A program made the translations under genes and the position numbers. 64,000 nt of DNA, taken from assembly GCA_019828565.1 (NCBI GenBank), contig JAHDYR010000066.1:124001-188000 (forward strand), in the 5' to 3' direction. This DNA comes from Carpediemonas membranifera BICM (lineage: Eukaryota; Protista; Fornicata). The notes below the pieces were generated by a model. That model worked only from the letters and a program-made list of their open reading frames with translations. It was not told where the DNA came from and searched no databases. Positions 32,583 through 42,829 of this stretch are shown piece after piece (position 1 is the stretch's first letter; every line of letters starts with the position of its first letter).

Positions 32583-33228
32583 CTAGTTGATAAGGCTGCT
32601 GATCATTCGCGACAACGACTTGACGGGGTTCGGCCACGAGCAGCCGACGTGCACGTCCGCGTAGTGCAGCTCCCGGCTATTGGGGAATGCGCGGCGGGGG
32701 CTGTCTGAGGGGATTGTGGCCTGGGACAGCGTCGGGAGAGATACCATGGAGGATGTCGCGGACGGGACGAAGTTCAGGCGCTGGATCGTGGCGGCATCTA
32801 GCTCTACATACTCGTCTTCTTGCTGATCGAACGATGCCCCGTCGATCTCGACGTTGTACCGGTTTGTGAATCGTTGAGCGCCCTTGGCCAATTCTTGCTC
32901 ACGGCGCTTGGAGGCGCGTTTCGGGTGTATAATCTCTTCTAAACGGCTTGGAGTGATGTTCAAGATCTTGCACACCTCCTTTTCCTTGTAGCCCACGCGC
33001 AGCAGCTGGGTAACAGATAATTCAATCGATACCGACCTTGTAGATGCGTGACTTCAGGCGTTCTTCGGATTTGCTATGGGTTGCAGACGAATGCGACGTG
33101 TGAGAGGTGTTAGACGCCTCGCTAGTTCGACGTTCTCGCATTCCAATGCTGATCTGCCTCGACTCGAGCCATTCCAATCGACTCCGCCGAGATTCATGCA
33201 GATACCACAAAGATCGCCTCTCTGACAT
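32583..33228 (-). CDS. Hypothetical protein; 31-nt intron 33006-33036
   Basis: GTCGGT..TTACCCAG joins MSERRSL..RIYK to LLRVGYKEKEVCKIL in frame. Confidence 0.55.
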
Positions 33229-33343
33229 GACCCATGGGGTCACCACACTGGTACCAGGATCAATCCGAATATTAGATAGTTTTCGAAATTGGTCAAAAGA
33301 TTCAATAATCGAATCACGAAAAGTAATCAAAAACAAAATGGCT

Positions 33344-34684
33344 TTAAAGATCCGAGAAGAACGATGCCCGCTTTTGGGCAAGCACGTCGAACTTGCGGCT
33401 CTTACCACGCTTCTTCCGCTTCCTATAGACCTCCTCCTCCTCCTCCTCCGAGTCGGACCCGTCCTCAGTGGCCACGCCCTCGCCGTCCCCCTCAGCATCA
33501 TCAGCCTTCTCGTCTCCCCCAGCATCCTCCTCGGCCTCGACGGCATCGTCGTCGATAGCCAGCAGCCCGGCGTCGCTGTCGGACGCGTCGCTGTAGTCCC
33601 GCACGGTGGGCTTGGCCTCCGCCATGACCAGCATCAGGTCGATCACCCACACGCCCCTGCTGTTCAGCACGGCGAGCAGGCCGTCCGCCGCCCGGTGCAC
33701 GGCATCGAACCCGGCAGCCTCGTCCTCAAGCATAATCCGGTCGACGACGAACGCCTTCTTGACGAGAGACCCGACGACGACGTTGGAGTCCGTAGCGACC
33801 ACCAGCCCGCAGTCAGCCACAGCGATGCTCCTCACAGCCCACTGGAGGGGGATCTGTGTGGGCCGGTACGTGTGGCCGTACTGGTAAGGGTCGTGGGTCG
33901 CGTTCTCCCGCACACAGGCCCGACGCCGGTCCGCAAGGTCGATGGAGCTGGCGATGAGCTTGGAGAGGTTGAATGTGTAAATGTTCCCGGCCGTGTCGGT
34001 TTCGATGGTGCCGACGATGAAGCGCTTGCTGTCGAGCCTGGTGATGCACGTAACGTCTTGGTCCAGGAAGCAGAATGGCGTGTACCGCTTCATACTCACG
34101 ATGACATCGGACTTCCTCTTGATGCTGAGCGGCGTGATGGCGCCGTTGTTGGACACGGTGACGACGGTCTGCCGGCCGTGCGCCCCATCGACCAGGAGCA
34201 TGTCGTTCACCTCGTCCTCGTTCTCACTGTTGTCCACAGTGCACACAACAGTCACCTTAGGGCCATCCACGGCGTAGAGCACGAACTCCCCCTGCTCGTC
34301 GCCCGTGACGAAGCAATCGTCCGTAACCCAGCAGGTCGTCGAGACTGGCTCCTCGACAGTGGTGGCCCAGACCCGTCTGAGGACAGGGGAGCCATCCTTC
34401 GTTGTCCGCTCGAGAAGGTGGAGGGTCTTTCTGGCACAGGCCAGGATGCGGGTCCTGTTGGGCGAAACACGGACGTGATGGATAATATGAATGGGCGCAG
34501 AGCCTTCAGCTTCACTCTTCTTGCCAATATTCATGGCGCATTCGTCCACAAACTCGTCCCACGGGCTATACACAACTACTTCACCAAGGATATTGCCCGT
34601 GACGAGCATTTCCTCGTCAATAGCAAGATCACTGGCGGTAATAGCAGCAAACCCGTCGTTTGAGAAGGTCAGTGCTGGCTCCAT
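33344..34684 (-). CDS. WDR55: WD40-like protein, WDR55/JIP5-like
   Basis: Beta-propeller-like blades (LVTGNILGEVVVY, FVTGDEQGEFVLY), acidic/basic tail ending SFFSDL. Confidence 0.6.
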   Translation of the reverse strand: MEPALTFSNDGFAAITASDLAIDEEMLVTGNILGEVVVYSPWDEFVDECAMNIGKKSEAEGSAPIHIIHHVRVSPNRTRILACARKTLHLLERTTKDGSPVLRRVWATTVEEPVSTTCWVTDDCFVTGDEQGEFVLYAVDGPKVTVVCTVDNSENEDEVNDMLLVDGAHGRQTVVTVSNNGAITPLSIKRKSDVIVSMKRYTPFCFLDQDVTCITRLDSKRFIVGTIETDTAGNIYTFNLSKLIASSIDLADRRRACVRENATHDPYQYGHTYRPTQIPLQWAVRSIAVADCGLVVATDSNVVVGSLVKKAFVVDRIMLEDEAAGFDAVHRAADGLLAVLNSRGVWVIDLMLVMAEAKPTVRDYSDASDSDAGLLAIDDDAVEAEEDAGGDEKADDAEGDGEGVATEDGSDSEEEEEEVYRKRKKRGKSRKFDVLAQKRASFFSDL

Positions 34685-34734
34685 CAGTCTTGATTGTGCA
34701 CACGCCCAACTGGCTTCTTGGTGCAGTTTATGTG

Positions 34735-34845
34735 CGTCTGTTACGCGCTCATCTGTCGTCCATTGCCGGCGTTTGAAGCTCATGTCGTCGTCGTCTTCGT
34801 CATCTTCGTACTTCGGACTCAGTAATTCTAATCCTGCGCGGCACA
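34735..34845 (+). mobile_element. 111-bp mini-derivative of the Fanzor element
   Basis: 34735-34810 is the reverse complement of 37725-37793. 34815-34845 is the reverse complement of the 31-bp module at 35586-35616 and 37933-37963. Confidence 0.65.
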
Positions 34846-34962
34846 CTGTGATGGGGCGCTGCTAGGGTCGAATGGCGCAGCTGAGCGCATTCCTGGTCCT
34901 CAACAGGGCATTTGGGCATCTCTTTACACTTTTTGCGCAGATCTGACAATACAATCGACGAG

Positions 34963-35481
34963 ATGGTAAAGACTCTCATAGTCCTCGGGAGCGGTGGGCA
35001 TACGGCTGAAATGATGCATCTGCTCACACAAGTTGATACTGATGATATTGCACCCAGATACTATGTACACGCCGACAGCGACGCCCAATCTTCTCAGAAG
35101 GCCGTATCGTTTGAGGAGAAGAACGGCGGGAAAGACTATATTATCAAATCGATTCCTCGCGCTCGATCTGTAGGTCAGAGCTACTTTACTAGCATTTTTA
35201 CGACGCTCTACGCCTTCATCTTCGCCTTTGTCTTGATTCTGAGGATACGACCGAAGCTGCTCCTCACAGACGGCCCGGGCACGGCCCTGCCACTCGTCTA
35301 CTCCGCCTTCTTCCTCCGTTTCATCGGCCAGCGCTGCCGGATAATCTTTGTCGAGTCGTTCTGCCGCGTCGAGTCACTTTCGTTGGCAGGGAGGCTCTGC
35401 AAACCTGTTGTCGACCGATTCATCGTGCACTGGCCGTCCCTGAAGACCCAGGGCGAGTATGTCCCGGGCCTGTTGTTCTGA
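34963..35481 (+). CDS. ALG14: UDP-GlcNAc transferase subunit ALG14
   Basis: IVLGSGGHTAEM..IPRARSVGQSYFTS..TDGPGTALP..IFVESFCRVESLSLAG..DRFIVHWP. Confidence 0.95.
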   Translation: MVKTLIVLGSGGHTAEMMHLLTQVDTDDIAPRYYVHADSDAQSSQKAVSFEEKNGGKDYIIKSIPRARSVGQSYFTSIFTTLYAFIFAFVLILRIRPKLLLTDGPGTALPLVYSAFFLRFIGQRCRIIFVESFCRVESLSLAGRLCKPVVDRFIVHWPSLKTQGEYVPGLLF

Positions 35482-35549
35482 GCCTTTGGAGCCCCGGGAT
35501 TGGTCAGAAAGAGGTCCGTTGTTGTAGGTAAATGGGCATAGGCGCGTAT

Positions 35550-35727
35550 GGTCGACTGGTATGCTCTGTTGCACGGCAGTACAGCTGTGCCGCGCAGGAT
35601 AAGAATACTTGAGTCCAAAACACAGTGATCCAAGCAGCATCAGGATCGCAGTGTGGTTCATCATACTCTATCAATCGTGCGCAGCATATCACGCGCGCTG
35701 CAGCGCGTGCTGGCTCAACTTGGCAAG
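35550..35727 (-). ncRNA. Candidate Fanzor omegaRNA: scaffold about 35727 to 35570, guide about 35569 to 35550
   Basis: Directly 3' of the ORF. Hairpins CAGCA-CGCGCTGCAGCGCG-..TGCTG, GATCC..GGATC, and GCGCGGCA-cagctgtac-TGCCGTGC ending at the shared terminus. Confidence 0.55.
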
Positions 35728-37567
35728 TTAATGATAGCGAGGAAGAGCACCTCTCTGGGAGTCGTAGTGGAAAGGAGATTGCACTATCTGATCTGAAGTT
35801 GCATCGAAGGTGCACCAAAGGATGTTCTCGCTGGCGCTCTTATCTCGGTGAGAGAGATTGAGAAGTATGTCTCTCTCTGCTCGGGATGCCGACGTAGCCG
35901 TTCAACGCGCCATGGAGCTCCCTCGCACGCGGGATTCTGGCAGAGCATGGTGCGGTGTGTGTGCACCACACGTCTGAAGTGTGCTTTGCAGTATGGGCAC
36001 ACGATGGAAGTGCGGAATTCCGAGACCATCGTGACAGTCACGACGACGTTGTGCCGGAGCATGATGCCAGGAAGAGCCCGAGCAAAGTGGCGGTACGGAG
36101 CACAGGAGGGAGTACCGGCGGAACCAAACAGTGCAGCCCCATACGCGACTTCGAGGTGAATGGGCTCCGGGGGGCGCCCGCCGAGATCATCCAGGAGTTG
36201 ACGTCCAGCCCGGGCGAAGTGCTTCTGGCGCAGACAGTGATTGGCAAAAGTCGCACGGCGGAAACACTTTCTCGTCCCCTCGTTGATGATCTGAACGATG
36301 TTCTCATGGACAAACCTAATCGACTGTTTGAGAGCCTCTAGACTTGTCGTTTTGAACGATGCTGCGCTCATATTCACGCGGAAAGAGGGGGTGGCAGTGT
36401 AGCCGCCCAGCGACCGAGCACCAGGGTCGAAGCCCATGAGAGCTTGAATGTCCGGGGCAGGAGTAGCCTCGGCGTCGTCCTGACCGAGCCGAGCCCGCTT
36501 GTTGCTGCTACCTTTTTGTACGTGGGCCGGTCAGCCACCCGACCGCCACGGTATTTCTCGCGACCCACCCAAACCGTCACAGCAACAGAGACCCCGTCAG
36601 TCTTCACAGAGAGCACTCTGCGGAGCTTGGTGATGTCGCCGTGATCACGCTCGTATTCAGCCACCTGCTCGTCGGTCAAATTCTTGGTTGCTGACCAATT
36701 CACGTGCACACGCAGGCGCCTCTTCATCGCTGGGGTGAGCGCTGTTACTCCGCGCTCGAGGGTCATGAACCCAGGCCTGACCGGTGCCATCGGAATGAGC
36801 TTCGGCTCTGGCAGGGCCTGACTGAGCTCGAGGTTCACGGCACGAGTGAGTGTGACCAGCTTGGTCACTGCAGCACTCATGCGCGTGACGCACGACAGCA
36901 CGCCGACGAGGGCCTCGGCCACGGTACCAGTGCGACCCACCCGTTGCCCCTCGGGCGATGCATGCATTTGAGGATGATACCTGTCATGATCGGCGGCTAT
37001 GGCGGCAACCTCAGTGTCGAGCTCGCCTAGGGTGTCGAGAAAATCCTGTCGAACACCCGGCTGATCATGGAGGAGCGGACGCACCCGTTCTAATCCAGCA
37101 CGAAGACGGGTCAGGTACCCGGGTGACGCGCGCGAGAGCCTGACCCGGGTGGCTGTGGAGTACTCGCCCAACCAGGTGTCAAATGGCTTGCACAAGCCAA
37201 GGTAGCTATAAGCCGTGACGAAGTCCTGGACGAGTGGGGTTATGTCAGGGTCCCTCCACATCGCCAGGTCGCCAATCCACCTGCACCGATCCGCTGCCTT
37301 TGCCTTCGACACCTTTTGCTGAGCAATGCTGACGATCTGCTTGAGGACCTCCTGGTCGAACAGGTTGACCATCCTCGGTGGGGTCAACGCGTGCGCAGAT
37401 GCAGAGACGCACGCAAGCAGGCAAGTGAATGTGTACTTAGCCTGCGTGAAAGAACGCATGCCGGGTTCAAGATTTCCTCGCCGCGGCGCGTTGTTATCGC
37501 CTCCACCGTTAATCTCGCAAATGGCCTTGTTAACGGAAGCCTTCACCGTGTATATCTTGGAAGGCAT
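35728..37567 (-). CDS. Fanzor (Fanzor1-like, TnpB family) RNA-guided endonuclease; about 613 aa after repairing two -1 frameshifts
   Basis: SVKTDGVSVAV, RuvC-I MGFDPG, VAYGAALFG, RuvC-II VSEFRTS, Zn finger CPYC..CQNPAC. RuvC-III HRDKSASENI (35821-35850) sits in the shifted frame. Stop TAA at 35728-35730. Confidence 0.88.
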
Positions 37568-37721
37568 TGGAGTCTATTGAGCTGCCTGCATCGATCATTT
37601 CTTTTCAGGGTTCATCAGCTGGCAGCATCCCTCAAAACACAAGAAACCAGCATCATACAACACAAAGCGTCTTTACTACCAGCTACAACCGCTTTCCACC
37701 ACTAGTGTCTCTCTCTCACAA

Positions 37722-37905
37722 CAGACGAAGATGACGACGACGACATGAGCTTCAGACGCCAGCAATGGACGACAGATGAGCGCGTAACAGACGAGCACAG
37801 ACGCGAAAGAAGACAGCAGCGTTCGACACAGACGATGGACGACAGACGACGCATCTTTTCGTGCAGACCGACGACTGAAAGCACGACAGCCCGATGGTAC
37901 AGACG
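37722..37905 (+). repeat. Cluster of seven CAGACG direct repeats
   Basis: CAGACG at 37722, 37753, 37788, 37798, 37829, 37843 and 37900. Confidence 0.75.
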
Positions 37906-38136
37906 AGGGCTGAAGTGGGTGAGTGGAGGTAGTGTGCTGCGCAGGATTAGAATTGTTGAGTCTAAACAATCGCCGACGCCCTCATGTCCGCTACCCTTCT
38001 GGTGTACGACAGGTGGGATGTCAGACTGAACCTGTTCAGCCCTCTGGAGTTCATCCCAGGGGGGTCGACAGCTTAAGTCACCTTTACATGAATCCTCCAC
38101 ATAAACCTCAAAATCTCTAATACAATACCACAACAG

Positions 38137-38228
38137 TGATGCATTCAAATCCCCTAGTTTGGACCATTTACACCACCACGGGTCTAAACCTCCTCAGTAA
38201 ACACATTGTTTGACCCTTCAATAGCACA
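38137..38228 (+). repeat. 5' LTR (92 bp)
   Basis: TGATGCATTC..AATAGCACA, identical to 42691-42782. Confidence 0.96.
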
Positions 38229-38241
38229 GTAATTACTACGC

Positions 38242-41200
38242 ATGAAGAAGGATGACGATGACGACGACCCAAAAGGGACTTACCCGAAGTATCTCCGGCA
38301 CACTGCAGCCGACTGGGTGAGGTTCCGCATGAGCTACGCACTCTATGCTGAAGATGAGGTCAAGCCGAAGACCCTCTTCGAGTGCATCGACGCGAAAGTG
38401 AGAACAAGTATCAAGGACGCATACCAAGCTCTGGAGGACGACGAAAGCTCCGATGACAGCTCTGACAGCTCGAGTGAAGACGACGAGGAGATGTTCAGCG
38501 CCAACGAGGGTAGCGACAGCAGCAGGGGCGGCGAAGACGCGCACGCCCAGAGCGACTCCGAGGATGACGCCCGGAGCACACTCATCGCTAACCCGGCCCG
38601 GAAGAAGAAGACAAGCGGCAAGACGACCGCCCGGGACGACGCTTTGCTCCGGTACATCATGGCTCAAGACCAAGAGAAGAAGGAGGCGAAGACAACGAGG
38701 AGGAAGCGCGATGAGCGCTGGGTGGTGATGGCTGAGGCCACACTAACCAATATCAGTCTTCAGCGCGCGTACCGCGAGCTTCGCAAGCTCCGTGAGACCT
38801 CTTTCACCCGTTACCGCCATGTGTTCACGGATATGGTAGATCTGTTCGAGAAGGTCGGATCCCTGGATGCTAGAGAGCTCCAGGAGATCGTTCTGGCGAG
38901 CCTCGATGACGAGACGATCGCATCGTCTCTTCGCTCTGTTGTTCTTTCCAAGTCAACAGTCGCGAAGTCGTTGAAGGTCATAGCAAAGTACCTACGGGCC
39001 CGAACAGATGCCATGCGAGAGTTTGACCTGGTGCCGAGCAGCCGGCTCGCGGCCCTACAGAAGCAGCTCGAGTCACTGCAGAGCAAGCCGAGAGAGGAGC
39101 GGAAGATGCCAGCGAGGACGGGAGAGCGCAGACGCAATGACGGCGCGGCCGAGGGGGCCAAGCCTGAGCGGCGGCAAGTGGGCCGCGGCTGCTTCAACTG
39201 CGGCGAAAAGGGTCACGACTCGGCCGACTGCCCACACGAGGAGCCGAAGTGCTTCAGGTGCGGCGAGTTCGGCCACAAGTCGCACCAGTGCACAGTTGTA
39301 AAGCCATCTGAGTATCCTTTCTGTTTTATGTTAGCGTCCAAGACTATCTGGCAGGAGAAGGCCAGTCTGCTGGGCGAAGAGTTGATCGTCCGCATGGACA
39401 CCTGCTCCTCGTTCAGCGTCGTGCCGAGGGACTGGGCCGTCGAGAAGGGACTGAAGATCGCCACGCGGGGCGAGACAGTCCGCTTGGCTGACGAGTCGAT
39501 GAGGAGGGTCTACCGAGTGTTGTCAGATGTGCCGATCACCCTCCACCTCGACAGAGAGGTCACCGCGACGCCGACCTGGTATGCGATGGACAAGGCCGAG
39601 TCGTTCCTCATCAACATGGAGGTGATTGACTCCCTCGGCCTAATCAACCGCAACCTTGACACCGAAGCAGACCCCATCCAGGTCATCTCCAAGCTCACAG
39701 AGGACTGGGCCGAGAGATACAGCGACTGCTTCGGCGATGCAGGCGAACCAGCAGACCTTAAGCCGTTCAAGGTCACGCTGAAGAAGGACGCCCGACCCTA
39801 CTTCCGTCTGCCCCGAAGGTTCCCAAGACAGGTGGAGGATGAACTCCGGTCAGAGATGCAGAAGCTGGAGGAAAGCGGGATCATCATCCCAACCAAGTCT
39901 CCCTGGAGCAGCTCAGTGGTCATGGTGCGGAAGAAGGCCGGGACGTGGCGGCCGTGCATGGACTACTCGCCACTGAACGAGCTCCTGGCGTCCATGACTC
40001 AGCACGACTTGCCGTCGACGGAAGAGCTGATCGAGAGGCTGAGGGGCAACAAGTACTTCGCAGCACTTGACCTCAGCAAGGCCTTCCATCAGGTCCCGGT
40101 GCACCCCGACACACAGGAGTACCTGGCGTTCACGTACTCCAAGGGGCACTATACCTACACTACGATGCCGTTCGGCCTTGCCACCGCGGCTGGCCATATG
40201 CAAGAGGCCTTAGAGGAGGCTTTCGCGGACATGCTGGGCACGGCGTGTCTTGTGTACGTGGACGACATCATCGTCTATGGGTCGACCTGGGAAGAGTACC
40301 AGGCGAACCTGATGCGGGTGATGGACCGGGTGCGAGAGAAGAAGCTGAAGCTCAACAAGAACAAGTGCTTTTTTCGGGTTGACGGAGGTGGAGTACCTCG
40401 GATGGATAGTGTCGGCGGAAGGAAAGCGCATCCCCCATGGCGCGTCCAGGGTGTCCAGGAGCTGCCCGACCCGACAAACGTGAGTGACGTCAGGTCCACA
40501 TTGGGCATCTTCAACTTCTTCTCCCAGTTCATCCCCGGCTACGCGGACATCACCGAGCCGATCCGCAAGCTGGAGATCAAGGGCCAGACGTTCGTGTGGG
40601 GCGACCCCCAGAGAGAGGCGTTCAAGAGACTGAAGAAGATCGTCACCTCCCCCACACTGTTGGTCACACCGGGCCCTGACGACCGCCTACAGCTGTTCAC
40701 CGACGCGTCCGACACCGGTGTCGGCGCAGTGCTGGTCAGAGTCGAGGACGACGGGTCGAAGCGACCTGTGATGTTCTTCTCCAAGGCCCTGACAGCAAGC
40801 CAGCGCAAGTGGAGCACCTACCGCAAGGAGGCATTCGCCATCATAGCGGCCACGAGGAAGATGAGACGGTTCCTAGCCACAAGGGAGTTTGAGATGTTCA
40901 CGGACCACCGTAACCTCGTGTACACGTGGGGCAACGTCGACCCCATGGTGCAGCGCTGGGCACTTGAGCTGGGCAACCTCAAGTTCAGCATCACCCACGT
41001 GCCTGGTAAGTCTAATACGGTCGCGGACGGCCTGTCCAGAATGCCCCGCGCAGAAGCCGAGAGCCTGACACCAGAGCAGCAGGGTGCGATCGTGTCCGTG
41101 ATGTGTGCAGTCGACGCAGCGGAGGAAGAGTCGGAAGAAGTCGCCGCCGACGAGCCGAGAGTTCGGTTCCGCGAAGAGGCGGCAGGACAGCCTGACCGCG

Positions 41201-42664
41201 AGCGCGACGAGGCAGACGAAAGCGACACCGAGGAAGCAGCCGGGACAGACGAGGGCGACACCCTTGACGCCGAGCCCGAAGAGGAGGGCACGTTCCCGGC
41301 CATACCCGAGTCCCAGAAGCTGCCACGCTTCAAGTCCGTTCACGGACCTGGCACCGGTCACCACGGGGTTGACCAGACGCTGTGGAAGCTCGAGGATAAG
41401 GGATTGCGCTGGGACACTGCGGACACGGACGTCCAGAGGATGGTTAAGGAGTGCCCCGTGTGCCAGAAGAACGCCGAACACCGGTCACGCGAGCAATATC
41501 AGGAGCAGCTGCGCATGCCAGCGTCGCCGTTCAGTCGCGTGTTCGCCGACACCATCAACATGGCAGAGGCAGACCAGGGTTACCGGTACATCCTGGTGCT
41601 GGTGGAGGAGTCGACGAGGTGGGTCACCCTGTGCCCACTGAAGACGGTGACCTCCGCCGCCACCATCAGAGCAATCAGGGAAAGATACCTCACACACTTC
41701 CCGCCCCCCGGTCGAGTGGGTGACCGATAGCGGACGGCAGTTCGACTCGAAGGAGTTCAAGTCGTTCGCGGCAGAGCTAGGCGGGGGCGCGAAGACGACC
41801 ACCCCGTACCATCACGAGGAGAATGGGATCGTTGAGCGCAGGAATCGCGAAGTGAACCGCCACCTCAGGGACGAGATGCATCAGCGCGGCACGAAGCAAT
41901 GGATGGGCCTACTGCCAGCGGTTCAGAACATCATCAACCAGGCTAGATCTGCCACGACAGGCACGTCACCCTGGAAGCTAGTGGTGTCCACAGAGCGGGA
42001 AGGGAAGATGACACTGTCGAACCAGGAGAGAGCCGACGTTACGGACGTCATTGACAAGATGGTCCGGAACGAGAAGATGAGAGCTCAACAGCGCAGGGAC
42101 GCGGCGAAGAAGACGTACGACGCGGCCAAGGCCAGACAGGACAAGCACAACAAGAGGACACCGACCCGTATCACAGCCAAGGCGTGGGTCATGGTCGACA
42201 GGGATGCAGAACAGAGAGGGAAGTACCAGCTACGATGGAGAGGCCCACTTCAGGTGGTCAAGAAGGCACCTGGAAACGCCAGCTCGTTCGTGATAAGGGA
42301 CCCCGAGACGAACAAGACGTATAAGAAGCACGTGAAGCATCTGAAGCTCGCAGAAGGCGACTGGGATGAGGAGAAGGCGAAGGCAGAATGCGCCAAGGAC
42401 CGTATGCACACGTATATCAAAGAGATCGTCACGCACAGGATCAAGAAGGACGTGATGAAGACGCCAGAGGTGAAGGTGCGCTGGTTAGGATACGAACCAG
42501 CAGACGACACGTGGAGAAACCCAACAGACGAGGATATGAGAGGCAATGCGATACTTCAGCAGTACCTGCAGGTGAATACACCCCTAGAGGAAGCCATGAA
42601 GCGGTTTGATGATTTGAAGCTCAGAATGTCGGCCCGCCAATCAAATGGCACTCGGCAGGATTAG
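38242..42664 (+). CDS. Gag-Pol polyprotein with homopolymer frameshifts (40369-40436 compensated; 41718-41720)
   Basis: Two CCHC knuckles, protease MDTCSS, RT YVDDII, RNase H TDASD..TDH..ADGLSR, integrase HH-CC plus D/TDSG/ER, chromodomain VKVRWLGYEPADDTW. Confidence 0.93.
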
Positions 42665-42690
42665 ACATCGCATTGAAGGAGGGGGGGTAG

Positions 42691-42782
42691 TGATGCATTC
42701 AAATCCCCTAGTTTGGACCATTTACACCACCACGGGTCTAAACCTCCTCAGTAAACACATTGTTTGACCCTTCAATAGCACA
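42691..42782 (+). repeat. 3' LTR (92 bp)
   Basis: Preceded by the polypurine tract GAAGGAGGGGGGG and followed by the TSD. Confidence 0.96.
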
Positions 42783-42829
42783 AACAGCGATGTACAAAAC
42801 TGCGCCGAGATTCAAAAGGAGGAGGAACC

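Larger units (their letters stand above)
35570..38119 (-). mobile_element. Fanzor-carrying non-autonomous transposon-like element; end near 38119 approximate
   Basis: Bounded by end modules shared with 27617-29110. Contains CAGACG repeats, the Fanzor ORF and a structured 3' region; no transposase. Confidence 0.6.
38137..42782 (+). mobile_element. Full-length Ty3/Gypsy chromovirus LTR retrotransposon
   Basis: Identical 92-bp TG..CA LTRs, AACAG TSD (38132-38136 and 42783-42787), polypurine tract before the 3' LTR, domain order gag-PR-RT-RH-IN-chromodomain. Confidence 0.97.

Noticed and set aside
34685-34846. N-terminal extension of the WDR55 ORF (MCRAGLELL..)
   Set aside because: It is the translated mini-element repeat starting at a GTG; the likely start is 34684.
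36500-36520. Programmed -1 ribosomal frameshift in Fanzor
   Set aside because: No canonical X XXY YYZ heptamer. A second indel and similar indels elsewhere favour sequencing error or decay.
37700-37934. CACTA..TAGTG as the termini of a CACTA/EnSpm element
   Set aside because: Only 5 bp of inverted match and no 3-bp TSD (CAC vs TGC).
34815-37963. The three 31-bp modules as a CRISPR-like array
   Set aside because: They are far apart, in mixed orientation, and have no regular spacers.
39298-39334. AT-rich GTAAAG..TTAG stretch at the gag/pol junction as an intron producing Gag-only protein
   Set aside because: The donor lacks the +5/+6 GT seen in all host introns, it is longer than they are (37 nt), and the frame is open without splicing.
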